A model generated the notes under the pieces. That model was not told the origin of the DNA, did not search any database, and saw nothing but the letters and a program-made list of their open reading frames with translations. Source: Macrostomum lignano (taxonomy: Eukaryota). From it: a stretch of 64,000 nt of DNA. A program made the translations under genes and the position numbers. How positions within the stretch are numbered: the stretch's first letter is position 1; each line of letters starts with the position of its first letter. The stretch covers positions 20,906 through 84,905 of the forward strand of contig NIVC01000779.1 in NCBI GenBank assembly GCA_002269645.1, in the 5' to 3' direction. This document shows, in pieces, positions 11,315-24,078 of this stretch.

Positions 11315-14300
11315 CAGGGACTAGGCCTACTCAAATATTGAGATGGGAAACTAGGCAAATCATGGCAAAGTTTTTACGAGGCTGTTTAAATCTATGGCCG
11401 CGCCAATGCAGCAGTAGCTATTTCAATATTTCAATAAATCTTCAATAAATTTTATATTTTATTATATCTGTGAATTTTAATATTCAGGTGCTTTTATGAA
11501 CTATGTATATTTACTTGAAAGTCATTGGAAAAATAGTTCATAAAACATATAAGATAACATGAAGGACTATTTGTAAGGAGTGAATAGTGAACATGGAACA
11601 GACAAACAATAAAAAGTTAACTCACACAGTGGATATGAGTATTAAAATATGGGAAGTTTGAACATATATATACACAGATAGGAAAATGAACAGATGCAAA
11701 AAAATATTTAACAGATTTAAGCATTGAATAGTTAGGAATACTCAATAGATGTAAACTTGTCTGTTGCGCAATGTCATGCACTTCTAAGTTTTTTGTCTTT
11801 CTCTCTTGAACAGTGACAGATAATGGAGCCACCTTCAATGATCTCTAAACAAGTCTCTTAAAGAATGTGTTTGTTGCTCTTCGTGCCACACCTTAGATGT
11901 TGAAGTCAATGTAATGGAAGAAATTTTCAGCTATAGTTGTAAATAGTGTCTACACTCTCGTTGCACAAATGGGTAAGTGGGCAGTGAAACATGTGTAGCA
12001 AAGAGTTAGAAATGAAAACAGCCACTCTGGGGGTGCCGTAGCTTTCCCTGCAATAGTAACTGAGTAAATTCACTGGCTTCTTCTTTTGTGCTATCCACAA
12101 ATTCTCTGTCAATGCCTTCAATTTTCTCCTTGACACAGATACAGCCAAAAAAAGATCCATTTAGTATTCGTATCATCACTACTTCAGCACACCAAAAATA
12201 CAATTAGTCGAGGGCTATATACTAATTAGATACAGCAAGAAAAGAAATCTTACTAGCGATGAAATAAAGGGAAGCCTTTTCTGAGAGAGTGATGCCATCC
12301 AGTGTTGCCACCACTGCGATTTTTTATTGCTCAGCGATTTTTTATCGCTCAGCAATAATTTTGTCTATTTTGCTCATTTCCTGCGATTTTTCGTGAACAC
12401 CAGTCCTTTCAACTTTTTTTCAAGTACTGTGTTTCATTTTGTGCTCAATTAAAGTGTCATGAATGTCATCAATATAGCGTGAGGCTGTGCAAGCCTCCGG
12501 TTTTGAAGCTCGGCAAAAGGAGATTGAGCATGCTGCGGTTGAGCGAGCACTGAAGAAGGCTGCTGACGAGGCAAGTTACGTCACTTGCAGTTGAGGTGAG
12601 AGAGAAGTCGCCTCTTGGTAGGGTGGCGGTTTCGACTGTTGCTGAGTGTATGTATGCCTGTCTTCCCTTAAGAAAATGCTTGTGTTGTATGACTACTTCA
12701 CTGATTTGGCATAAATGAGAGTTGCATGCAGTTATTGCAAATTGTAGTAGTTTTTTTAGTCAAATAGAAGATGGAATTAGAAATGGAAAGCTAAAAAAGA
12801 AAGTTGTTTTTGCATCCTGGCACCTTTTTTCAATGACAAAAAAGAAATTTGTTCCTGCAATTTTTTTCTTATCCTGCAATAATTTCTTTGGTTGCTGTAG
12901 TGGCAACACTGATACCATCAGTATTTGATGGCCAGCTGTCTAACACTGTTAGCTCCTCTTCAGAAAGTTCCGCGGTGCAACATGGACTCTTATTATGGTG
13001 ATAGTTGTCCAATTCAAGACTTGCAAAAATTTTTCATGCGTCTTAGTTGCACAATCAGTAGGACTTGCTTGACAGATATAAAATAATTGCTACTGCTCAT
13101 CTGCCAATAGACTCCAAACTCTCCTTCTAGAGAATCGCTCTGAAAATTCCCTAGTAGAACATAGGAAATATCAGGATCCGAGAGCAGATCTTTGCAAAAG
13201 TCCACCATGCCACGCAAAGAATACAAAAAAGCCAACTTAGTCTCAGCTGTGAGACATCGGTAGCAGGCGTGCCCTTTTCCACACTGTGACTATTCAATAG
13301 ACTTGGCAAAATCTTTTAAAAACCTGGTGTTGTTGTCATGAACAGAAAAAATAGGTCTCCTGCTGGGATCATTAAATCAAACATATAGATCTGGATTCTT
13401 GCAGTTCACTATGTTCCACAACTTTAAAATGGTCTCCACAAAGCTAGCAGTTTCACAATGACTGTCGCACTTAAGTGCAGCTGCCATTTTTTCATCAAAA
13501 ACTTGCAAAGCTAGACTTACTTTTGTTTTTTGAATGCTAGATGGGTAGCAAGCTTTGAAGGTTAGACCAGATCGCTTTACAATATGATTTTCTTTGCTTT
13601 TGTATACTCTGATCAAATTGTTCCACTTGCCGATATAGTCTGTCCATTGCTTGGTACACGGAGTATGAGTATTCCATCTTTTTCTGTTTGCCAATTGTTT
13701 CTAAGGCATTTCAACAGATGCACTGAGTTGTTTATCATATAGAAAATGGACTCCTGTGAGGGATCTCTGCCAATCCAGGGCTTGATGTGAAGGTTGTCAC
13801 AAAAAAAGAGAAAAACACTTTCAATTCATAGGATGGTTATTGCAAACCAATGCAATTATGCAACCGCCTTGATTGTTGATGATGCCTATGCAGTGACTTA
13901 GCTGATGTCGAAGAAAGTCTGCAGCCAGAAGAAAAATGGGCACTAATTGCATGACAAATGGCTTTCCACCAAAAAGAGGCTTTACCATGATGTCTAGAAC
14001 TGTTCGTGCAGCCTGACTAGGATTGTTGCTAGCACATCCCATCAGATGTTTGTACCAGTATTGAATAGAAGGTTGTACATACATTTCATCAAACATCAGA
14101 ACGCAATTTTGCTAAGGACCAAAAATCTTTGAAAAACCAATTGATCGCGTAATTTTGAGTACATCATTCTCCGTGCCCACCTCTCCCCTTCCTGCAAGTT
14201 GATGTCGTAGTGTGCGCTGATGAGGCAATGGAATGAGTGTTCTAATATATGAATAGGTGGAGCTACTGATCAGGTAAAGTAAGGCCAACTTCCAGAATCT

Positions 14301-15574
14301 GGATCTATAGTGCTATAGTGTTATATTTGCAAGCAGTCGGTGAGTCTAGTGTTAGCTTTAACTCTTCAAGCAAGAATTTAATAGTTGGATTCTTTAGCAT
14401 TACGCTGTCAATGGTGAATATGTTGCTTTTCATGAAATACAAAATCTCATTCTCAACTGAAAACTCAGAGTTGTTGCATCATACAATAATTGCATCCAGT
14501 TGTGACCAAAACTTCAGCGTGGGTTGAAATCCAAGTAGGTCGCAAACACTAATTGGTATGTGCATTATGTAGGCACAAACAGCAAAATTTGGCGAAATAA
14601 ATAATCAAACAAGCATGTTGCCATTGGAGTCCAATGAAAACATATATAAATCCTGCTGAAAAAATGTAACCACTAAGGTGTGGCTTTTGACTATTTCAGA
14701 GTCCTATACAGAGTCACAGAAACCATTCTATGAAGATATGGTGTCGCTCAGCTGAAACTCCTCTAATTCATCTGCTAAGCCACCTTGTGCGTCAGAGAGA
14801 ACACCTCTCGTCTTCACATCTCTATTGCATTCTAAAATGTAAAAACATATATGGTGGGATCTTTGAGAAAGTTTAGATTATATGAACTAAATGCTAAAGT
14901 CTAAAGTACAAATAGGTATTCAAAGTAGTCATACCTTGGTTCTGAACCAGGCAAGACGGAGGAACACCATTGAAAATAGAAGGCGGATCCTTTGGTGTCT
15001 CAAATTGTTGCTTTTCACCATTGTTGTGTCCAGTGGCCAGTGTTTGGCGCAGATTCCCATGTGATCTGTTATGGACTGAAAGGCGGAATAAAGGAAAAAA
15101 CACTTGCGAATAAAGAAAAAAATTGCATATAATATATTAGCACAATTTACCTTATAGTAAATAGCACCTACCTCTAGGATTTTTGGCAGAGTCTTTTTCC
15201 ATCGCTTTTGCTCAACCGAGTCCTTTGGAAACAGATGGACTTTTGTAGCTAATCGTTCGGACTCGTAATTTGACTTGCAGCCAACAATGCTGCACTTTCT
15301 TGGCATTGATGCCAACAACACAAGCAGAAAAATCGAGCTTGTCCTACGTGTCTGCCAGAAACTTAGCTGCTGTAATATAATGCAAGCATCCTTGCTAGAC
15401 TGCAGTGGAAATAATGGTATCACAAGCTTCAAATAATAGAAAATAACCATAGACAACAAAGTATCGCTCAATACAAATTAGCCAGCCAGCCTCGTCAGCT
15501 GCTAACAAACCAGCCTTGTAAAAACTTCGCAATGATTTGCCTAGTTTCCTGTCCCAATGTTTGAGTAGTCCCTG
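11315..15574 (-). mobile_element. P-superfamily (THAP) DNA transposon, decayed, 4260 bp
   Basis: ~65-bp imperfect TIRs: left cagggacta(ggccta)ctcaaatattgagatgggaaactaggcaaatcat..., right end reverse complement cagggactactcaaacattgggacaggaaactaggcaaatcat. 8-bp TSD tctcaatc/tctcaacc (7/8 match). Internal transposase fragments. Confidence 0.85.
11930..15306 (-). pseudogene. THAP-domain P-element transposase, fragmented
   Basis: MPRKCSIVGC...HLFPKD...RW...(96-nt intron 15076-15171)...ICAKHW is a THAP C2CH domain. FDEMYVQP (RNase H-like), VSLALQVF, and YVLLGNFQSDSLEGEFG.Y.Q are P-transposase motifs. Split by stops and frameshifts. Confidence 0.85.
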
Positions 15575-15582
15575 TCTCAACC

Positions 15583-17097
15583 CTTAAGCTATCAAGCTTA
15601 GACTCTAGTATAGATACTAGCAAATTCTTTGCAATAGGGCCTAGTGAGAACCCATTTAACAAATTTGCTATTAAGCTAGTTCACTAGGTTTAGCAGCTAG
15701 CAAGGACGAAGCATTGGACTGGCCAGAGGCAAGTAGTCAAGCAGCTTAGCAGTCCCAGTCTTGAACAAATTCTTCATAGAAGTTAAGCACTTTTTCTGAT
15801 CTTTGATTCACAAGAGCTCTGCTATCCCCCCCAACCTTGCCGAACATATTAAATGGATATTTATTTCCCTACTCGCGTGAAGTGACTCAGAATTGAAAAA
15901 GTAGATATACCTGGCATCTCTATCATTCAAACAACAGCTTAAATTGTTCATGAGGCTTAAGAACCTCAGCTAGGAAGTTGAAAAAAAAATGCACCTTTGG
16001 GTCACATATGTTAGTCTTGATGCTCTCAAAGTTTGCTCCTTTTAGTTTCAACTCTAAAACATCCTAGATCAATGGCTACAGCAGTTGCAGGACTCACTTA
16101 ACAATGGGCAACAGTTGCAGCTAGTGAGTCTCAACTGGTTGCAAGAACACTAGCTGATGTATCTTATCAAACTCTCTAGCATTCATGTGCAGTTGATCCC
16201 TCTTAGTCAGTGCAAATTTGAAGTAACAATAAATATTGCACATTAAAGTCTTTACTTTGATGCCCAAGTCAACAGTATCATATGCATATTTGGTAGCATT
16301 ATGTATTTATACATCCACCTATGTCAACAACATTTTGCAGCTGCTCCTAGAGATGCACTATGAGACCAGACTTTGCACTTTGCATTATATTACAGTTGTT
16401 GGTTATCATTCCAACATACCTTTTGACATCTAGAGCACAATTGGTGATTGTATCTAATACCACTATTGCCATGTTCTTAGCAGTCATTGACAACAAGGCT
16501 AGTAGGTCAATGCACAGGATATTGATATTCAAGTGAGAAAATAAGTGCTGCAGTACAATACCTAGATACTTTGTACCCTTATTTGCCTTGTCTTATTTGC
16601 CTTATTTGCCTTATTGTACCCTTATTGGCAGATAACTTTGCATCTTTTAGCATAACCTCTTTCATGTAGAAAAAGAAAGCATTGGTAATTAAGTACACCA
16701 TCTTGGAATGGTGTGACTACATTGCAGGCGGCACTTTTGAATTAGGACAGATAGTATGCAAATCAGTCAAGAGGTCTTCTTTGGACTTGAAACTTCTATT
16801 TTTTAGAATGGTCCTAATGCAACAACAAATCTCACTAGCCTTAAGCAGTTCACTTTCTGCATTGCCATTACATAGCCTTTCATTTGAGTCTTTGTCATGC
16901 TGCAGAAATGTCCTCATGCTTGGCAGAAATTGAATGACTTTTCAAGTTCATGATTCTGATGCAAAAAAGTCTTGCTTGCACCACATGCATGTAGCCATTA
17001 TTTCATTTTTCTGCCATGCCCATTGGCCAATAAGGTATCTGTTTTCATTTTCAACCTTAAGCCAATTTTCATTCCAGTGAATGTTCTTTCTTGGCAT
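15583..17097 (-). pseudogene. hAT transposase N-terminal and central remnant
   Basis: MPRKNIHWNENWL...ATCMWCKQDF (zinc-finger-like start, preceded by a cag acceptor), RSFKSKEDLLTDLHTICPNSK, and ITNNCNIMQSAKSGLIVHL (D..N.M.G...G-like). Same strand as, and collinear with, the 10969-11241 remnant. Confidence 0.6.
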
Positions 17098-18084
17098 TGA
17101 TGTATTAGGAGAATGGGCTGAAATGTTCAATAAATAGATTGGTTATTAATAGAAACTTTTCCTAAATTTTAATTGCTAATTGTTTGACTGCTGAATGCAT
17201 CTTTGTTATAATATTGTATTACAGTATTACTATGCCATAGTATTAAAATTCCTATCTGTGCCTGAAAAATCTAGTATAGTAGTATGCATACATGCGCAGC
17301 TTCCCAAATTCAGTTGGCCGTGCAACTTATTTTAACAAAAAATGTGACAGTTTTTTGGCCAAAAATGCGACTTACCTGTGAAAGAAACCCTAAAGCAAAA
17401 TTAATGGAATTTTGGGTAAAAATGCAGGAGTAACTATGACTGTCTTATAAGGGCTAAATACCTTATCATCTAATTAGTACTACATCTATTCTTTGGGCTG
17501 GGCATTTTTGCGACTTACCTTGGTTGGCCGACTGTTGTGCATGTATGGTAGCATGTCTATAATTTGTGCACATATGTAAGGAAAATAGGAAAATTATTCT
17601 AAGAAATCAATTGTAATTAGGAATTTCAATTTGCATATATTTTACACCAGAACATTAAGTTTAAATTTGAGTAAAGTGTGCATAAATAGACTAAACATGC
17701 TTAGTTTATCAGTAAAAAATGAAAATTCAAAAATTTAAAAATTGCACCTCTGCTTGACAAAAATTTGCGCCTGCCCTTAGAAATTGCATATTTTCACCTC
17801 AATCACACTACTGGCTACAAGGGCCTATTACTATACAAGCTCTTAAAACCCAGTGAATTCTAATCCCTAAAACTATTTTGCATACATCCCTAAATTTAAA
17901 GTGAACTCAGATAAACACCTTGTTAATAATAATAGTTAAAAAAGATGTATAATAAAAGTTATAGTAAATTTATGTTAAATTATGATTTAAGCCAAGCATT
18001 GATCTTGTTAGTTGGGGTTGTCACAGAATAATAGGCAATGCCTGTCTAAAACATGTATTAGCAAACTCTGGCCTCTGTCTCTGG

Positions 18085-18760
18085 TTCTTTAAAATTTCTA
18101 TCTTCTGTCTTATTTCTTCTATCTTTTCTTTTCTCTTTTCTCTTTTGTCTCTCCTCTCTTTCTTTTCTTCTTTTCTGTCCCCTCCTTTCTCTTTTTTATC
18201 TCATCTCTACTCTCTTATCTCTCCTCTTTTATCTCTGTTCTCTTATCCCTTCTCATTTCTATCTTCTCTCTTATCTCTCCGTACTTCTATCCACTTTCAT
18301 CTCCTCTCTCATCTCTAATCTGTATTCTTATATTTATAATCTCTCCTCTCTTCTCTTAACTCTTTCATCTTTTCTCTATTCTTTCTCATCTCTGCTTTTT
18401 CTTCTTTACACTCTTATCTCATCTATCTTCTTTTTATTCTCTCCCCTCTTCTCTTCTCTGTTTCCTTTCTTCTCTCCTCTTTCTCCCTTCCCCTCTCACC
18501 TGTCTTCTTAATTCCCTCTCTTTTTTGTCTATCCTCTCCTCTATCCTCACTCTACTTCTCTCTCCTTTTGTCTCTTATCTCTTCTCTCTCCTCTCTCCCT
18601 TCTCTTTATTCTCTTCTCTTTTCCTTTTTCCTTTCTTCTTTTGCCACTTCTCTCTCCTTTCCTCTCGCTTCTCTCTCCCCTCTTCTCTCCTTTTATCTTC
18701 TATCCTTTCTCTCATACCCTTTCTTGCCTATCCTCTCTCCTCTCCTTTTGAATTTAAATA
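18085..18760. repeat. Polypyrimidine (CT-rich) low-complexity tract
   Basis: Almost purine-free on the + strand for ~670 bp. Confidence 0.9.
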
Positions 18761-19402
18761 ATGCAAAAATTTAGCTTCTATACCTAACCTTTCATTGATA
18801 TAATTTATAATAGCAATATCAAAATATTATATTGCATGTACAAAATTACTATTCATAATTATCAACTTCTATTTGATGGTTCACTAATAGCAATATAGAG
18901 AAATTATTTTATATAATAAACAATAAAATGTGTTCTCTAATATACTACTATTAGTAAAAGTAGATTCTGAAATAGATTCTGATAGACTGAAATATTGGAC
19001 AGATCTTTTTTAGTATTCTAGTAATACTCTAGTAATCTACATAGTAATCTAGAATCTAGTAATCTAATCTAGTAATCTAGTAATATAAAGTAGTACTAAG
19101 TAATTTTAGTAATCAGTGTCCCCCATTAGGAAGCCCAGCAAAAATGGAATACAAACTTTTGAATAAACTTTACATGCAGCTTCTGACCTCAGCCTTTTCA
19201 TCTTAGTAATTCCTACTGTAAGCCTTGACGTCTTAGCAATCCCCCCTATTTGCCTTTATGTTTTACATGACTTTTTTTATTCTGACATGACACTTCTTTT
19301 AGTATGCTATAGGTGCAAAAGCCAAGGAAAATTATATTTGTCTTTAACCCGCCATGTTTGTTTCAGTTTGAATAAAATCTGCCCTGTGAAAGACAATTGG
19401 GC

Positions 19403-19795
19403 ATGTTAAGCAATTTTTGGCGCCGGCGTAGGCTACTGGGCTCATTCCTAGTTGCCGCATTCAGTCTGTATATATGCTGGGCTATTTATGCTTTGGCATA
19501 CACTAGTTACCTGGCTGAAAATCCTCTACCTGAGATTGTTGTTGAGCCACCATTGGCCAAATATGCCAGAGTGAACTCTAGGCTAAGCATCAATCCTGAC
19601 TCAGCTGCCAAAGCTAATGCTAATATCAAAAAGGCCAGTCCTCAGCAGGAGCGGAAAAAATCCATGTTTCATTTAGACGTGAGAAATCCACCATCTCTCC
19701 CAGATGGTCACGTGTCACTTAATGTGCCACACAATGAGCTTCGCAAGGTGCCATGGTGCGATAAAATTGATTTAAGCTCGCCAATTTCTGCTCAG
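19403..19795 (+). CDS. GT92 (DUF23) glycosyltransferase, exon 1: cytosolic tail, TM anchor, stem
   Basis: ATG 19403, RRRR followed by hydrophobic LLGSFLVAAFSLYICWAIYALA (type II membrane). Donor cag|gtaagt, phase 0. Confidence 0.75.
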
Positions 19796-20029
19796 GTAAG
19801 TGCACTTATGAAATTTACAGTGAAATGCACTTGGTTTGTATAGACTATTGCATTCTGCCATCTGGCATGCCAAGAAAATTACTAATTTGATGACGAGGCA
19901 CTTTCATATTTTAAGACAGTTAAAGTTACTCCAGCCGTTTACCCACATTGTCAAGATTTATCTATTAGAACACAATTTTCACATTTGGATAAAGCTGTAA
20001 GATGATAACTGTATGTTTCCCCGAGTGAG

Positions 20030-20905
20030 GGGGTCATCTGACGCCTACGCTACTATTTCATTGACAATTGGGAGGTCACCTGACCCCTACGCCACCATTT
20101 CATTGACAAGAGGGTCACCTGACCCATGGACCACCATTTCATTGACAAAGGGGTCAGCTGACCCCTACACCATCATTTCATTGACAAGAGGGTCACCTGA
20201 CCCCTAGACCATTTCATTGACAATTGGGAGGTCACCTGACCCCTACGCCACCATTTCATTGACAATTGGGAGGTCACCTCACCCCTACGCCACCATTTCA
20301 TTGACAATTGGGAGGTCACCTGACCCCTACGCCACCATTTCATTGACAAGAGGGTCACCTGACCCCTAGACCACCATTTCACTGACAAGAGGGGTGACCT
20401 GACCCCTCACACGATTATTTCATTGACAAAGGGGTCAGCTGGCCCCTACGCCACCATTTCATTGACAAGAGGGTCACCTGACCCATGAACCACCATTTCA
20501 TTGACAAAGGGGTCAGCTGACCCCTACACCATCATTTCATTGACAAGAGGGTCACCTGACCCTTAGACCATTTCATTGACAATTGGGAGGTCACTTGACC
20601 CCTACGCCACCATTTCATTGACAAGAGGGTCACCTGACCCCTAGACCACCATTTCATTGACAAAGGGGTCACCTGACCCCTACACCACCATTTCATTGAC
20701 AAGAGGGTCACCTGACCCCTAGACCACCATTTCACTGACAAGGGGGGTGACCTGACCCCTCACACGATTATTTCATTGACAAAGGGGTCAGCTGGCCCCT
20801 ACCACCAATTCATTGACAAGGGGGGTCACCTGACCCCTCACGATTATTTCATTGACAAGAAGTTGACTCCTAGACCAATATTTCATTGACAAGGAGGTCA
20901 GCTGA
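20030..20905. repeat. ~38-41-bp intronic minisatellite with gggtcacctgaccc palindrome
   Basis: About 22 units ccaccatttcattgacaagagggtcacctgacccctac. Confidence 0.92.
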
Positions 20906-20980
20906 ACCCTCTCCCCCTCTGGATCCGCCGTCGCCCGCCCATCCTCAAACCTGTCATCCCCTATTCTGCTTATAATAAAG

Positions 20981-21282
20981 GAGCTCCGCTTTCTGAGCAT
21001 CCACCCAAACGACAAGGACGTGCTCACTTACTCGGCCTACTACGATCGGCGCGAGAAATCCGGCCGGCCAGTTGTCCGAGCTGTCGGCATCGCCCTGGCC
21101 GGCCGGGCCAACGGCCTGCTCTGCCAATTGTGGTATCGCCGATACGCCGATGTGATGGCTGCTGTGCCAGCCAGCGTGGAGGTTGTGCCGGAGGGCAACG
21201 GCAGGCGCTACGATTCCGTGCTGCTCAGCTGCGAGAACAGGGCGCCTGACGGCGAGGCGCCCTACGCCGTGTCTTTTGCCAG
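20981..21282 (+). CDS. GT92 glycosyltransferase, exon 2
   Basis: ataaag|GAG acceptor. ELRFLSIHPNDKDVLTYSAYYDRR...LLCQLWY is the typical GT92 YSAY.D region. Donor ag|gtaagg, phase 2. Confidence 0.82.
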
Positions 21283-21304
21283 GTAAGGTTTGGGTGCCAT
21301 TGCC

Positions 21305-22110
21305 AACCCAATCCTGACTGAGGGTTAAAGATCCCAATCCTGAAGGGTGAAGGTTAAGGATCCCAATCCTGAATGGTGAAGGTTAAGGATCCCAATCCTG
21401 AAGGGTGAAGGTTAAGGATCCCAATCCTGAGGTTAAGGATCCCAATCCTGAGGTTAAGGAACCCAATCCTGAGATTTAATGATCCCAATCCTGAGGGTTA
21501 AGGATCCCGATCCTGAAGGTTAAGGATCCCAATTCTGAGGGTTAAGGATCCCAATCCTGAGGGTTAAGGAAGGATCCCAATCCTGATGGTTAAAGAAGGA
21601 TCCCAATCCTGAAGGTTAAAATCACGATCCTGAAGGGTGAAAGTTCCAATCCTGAAGCTTAAAGATCCCCATCCGGAGGTTAAGGATCCCCATCCTAAGT
21701 ATTAATGATCCCAATCCTGAGGGTTAATGATCCCAATCCTGAGGGTTAATGATCCCAATCCTGAGGGTTAATGATCCCAATCCTGAGGGTTTAGGATCCC
21801 AATCCTGAGGGTTAATGATCCCAATCCTGAAGGTTTAGGATCCCAATCCTGAAGTTTGAAAATCCCAATCCTGAGGGTTTAAGGATCCCAATCCTGAGGG
21901 TTTAGGATCCCAATCATGAGGGATTAAGGATCCCAATCCTGAGGGTTTAAGGATCCCCATCTTGAGGGTTTAAGGATCCCCATCTTGAGGGTTTAGGGAT
22001 CCCCATCTTGAGGGTTTAAGGATCCCCATCTTGAGGGTTTAAGGATCCCCATCTTGAGGGTTAAGGATCCCCATCTTGAGGGTTTAAGGATCCCAGTTCT
22101 AAAGGTTTAC
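21305..22110. repeat. ~20-22-bp intronic minisatellite (ggatcccaatcctgagggttaa)
   Basis: More than 30 diverged units. Confidence 0.92.
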
Positions 22111-22195
22111 GGTCCCAGTCCGAATGAATCCTAAAATGCCAATCCCAGTTCAGGATCAACAAATATTTAGAAATCCAGTGTCGTGTTTTTGCCAG

Positions 22196-22424
22196 ATCCG
22201 CCTGCGCCCAGCCCAACGGCATTCACTCTGTGCGCCCTTTGCCGGCTGAGCCGGTTGGCAACGGTCGCATCGCCGTGTGCGTTACTCCGTTAAATCTGCA
22301 CTACGATAAAGTAGACGAATTGGTGCAGACTTTCGAATTGAACCGGTTGTTTGGGGCCGATTGGTTCTTTGTGTATAATCATACTACTAGCGAGCGAATG
22401 ACCAAAATGCTGGCTAATGAGCAG
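22196..22424 (+). CDS. GT92 glycosyltransferase, exon 3
   Basis: tttgccag|a acceptor in phase 2. IAVCVTPLNLHYDKVDELVQTFELNRLFGADWFFVYN matches the GT92 VCV.P...E..E..R..GA..F..Y motif. Donor cag|gtaaag. Confidence 0.85.
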
Positions 22425-22544
22425 GTAAAGTTTGCAAATAACTTCATCTGTTTATATTCTTAGGCAATAAAGTTCTGTTAATCCGGTTATTAACCATGAT
22501 AAAAAGTGTGCGAAGTTTTGAGCTTGTAGTGACTACATACTGAA

Positions 22545-24035
22545 AGAGACTAGCTGAGGGACCATGGTCCATCATGAGAGACTAGCTGTAGGACCATGGT
22601 CCATCATGAGAGACTAGCTGAGGGACCATCATGAGAGAGTAGCTGAAGGACCATCATGAGAGACTAGCTGAAGGACCATGGTCCATCATGAGAGACTAGC
22701 TGAAGGACCATGGTCCATCATGAGAGACTAGCTGAAGGACCATGGTCCATCATGAGAGACTAGCTGAAGGACCATGGTCCATCATGAGAGACTAGCTGAA
22801 GGACCATGGTCCATCATGAGAGAGTAGCTGAAGGACCATGGTCCATCATGAGAGACTAGCTGAAGGACCATGGTCCATCATGAGAGACTAGCTGAAGGAC
22901 CATGGTCCATCATGAGAGACTAGCTGAAGGACCATGGTCCATCATGAGAGACTAGCTGAAGGACCATGGTCCATCATGAGAGACTAGCTGTAGGACCATG
23001 GTCCATCATGAGAGACTAGCTGAAGGACCATGGTCCATCATGAGAGACTAGCTGAAGGACCATGGTCCATCATGAGAGACTAGCTGAGGGACCATGGTCC
23101 ATCATGAGAGAGTAGCTGAAGGACCATGGTCCATCATGAGAGACTAGCTGAAGGACCATGGTCCATCATGAGAGACTAGCTGAAGGACCATGGTCCATCA
23201 TGAGAGACTAGCTGAAGGACCATGCTCCATCATGAGAGACTAGCTGAAGGACCATGCTCCATCATGAGAGACTAGCTGAAGGACCATGCTCCATCGTGAG
23301 AGACTAGCTGAAGGACCATGCTCCATCATGAGAGACTAGCTGAAGGACCATGCTCCATCATGAGAGACTAGCTGAAGGACCATGCTCCATCATGAGAGAC
23401 TAGCTGAAGGACCATGCTCCATCGTGAGAGACTAGCTGAAGGACCATGCTCCATCATGAGAGACTAGCTGAAGGACCATGCTCCATCGTGAGAGACTAGC
23501 TGAAGGACCATGGTCCATCATGAGAGACTAGCTGAAGGACCATGGTCCATCATGAGAGACTAGCTGAAGGACCATGGTCCATCATGAGAGACTAGCTGAA
23601 GGAACATGGTCCATCATGAGAGACTAGCTGAAGGACCATGCTCCATCATGAGAGACTAGCTGAAGGACCATGCTCCATCATGAGAGACTAGCTGAAGGAC
23701 CATGGTCCATCATGAGAGACTAGCTGAAGGACCATGCTCCATCATGAGAGACTAGCTGAAGGACCATGCTCCATCATGAGAGACTAGCTGAAGGACCATG
23801 CTCCATCATGAGAGACTAGCTGAAGGACCATGCTCCATCGTGAGAGACTAGCTGAAGGACCATGCTCCATCGTGAGAGACTAGCTGAAGGACCATGCTCC
23901 ATCATGAGAGACTAGCTGAAGGACCATGGTCCATCATGAGAGACTAGCTGAAGGACCATGGTCCATCATGAGAGACTAGCTGAAGGACCATGGTCCATCA
24001 TGAGAGACTAGCTGAAGGACCATGGTCCATCATGA
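22545..24035. repeat. 32-bp intronic minisatellite (gagagactagctgaaggaccatggtccatcat), ~46 copies
   Basis: Period of 32 confirmed (22681 vs 22713). Confidence 0.97.
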
Positions 24036-24078
24036 AGCCAGTAATCAGTTTCAGCCCTCATTGGACGCCAAATTGCAG

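Noticed and set aside
9500-17830. Outer TIRs of the hAT element
   Set aside because: No convincing inverted pair with an 8-bp TSD could be found by eye, so its boundaries are not reported.
22545-24035. Regular ~32-bp repeats with palindromes resembling CRISPR repeats
   Set aside because: Units are directly adjacent with no unique spacers, no cas genes are present, and the context is a eukaryotic intron.
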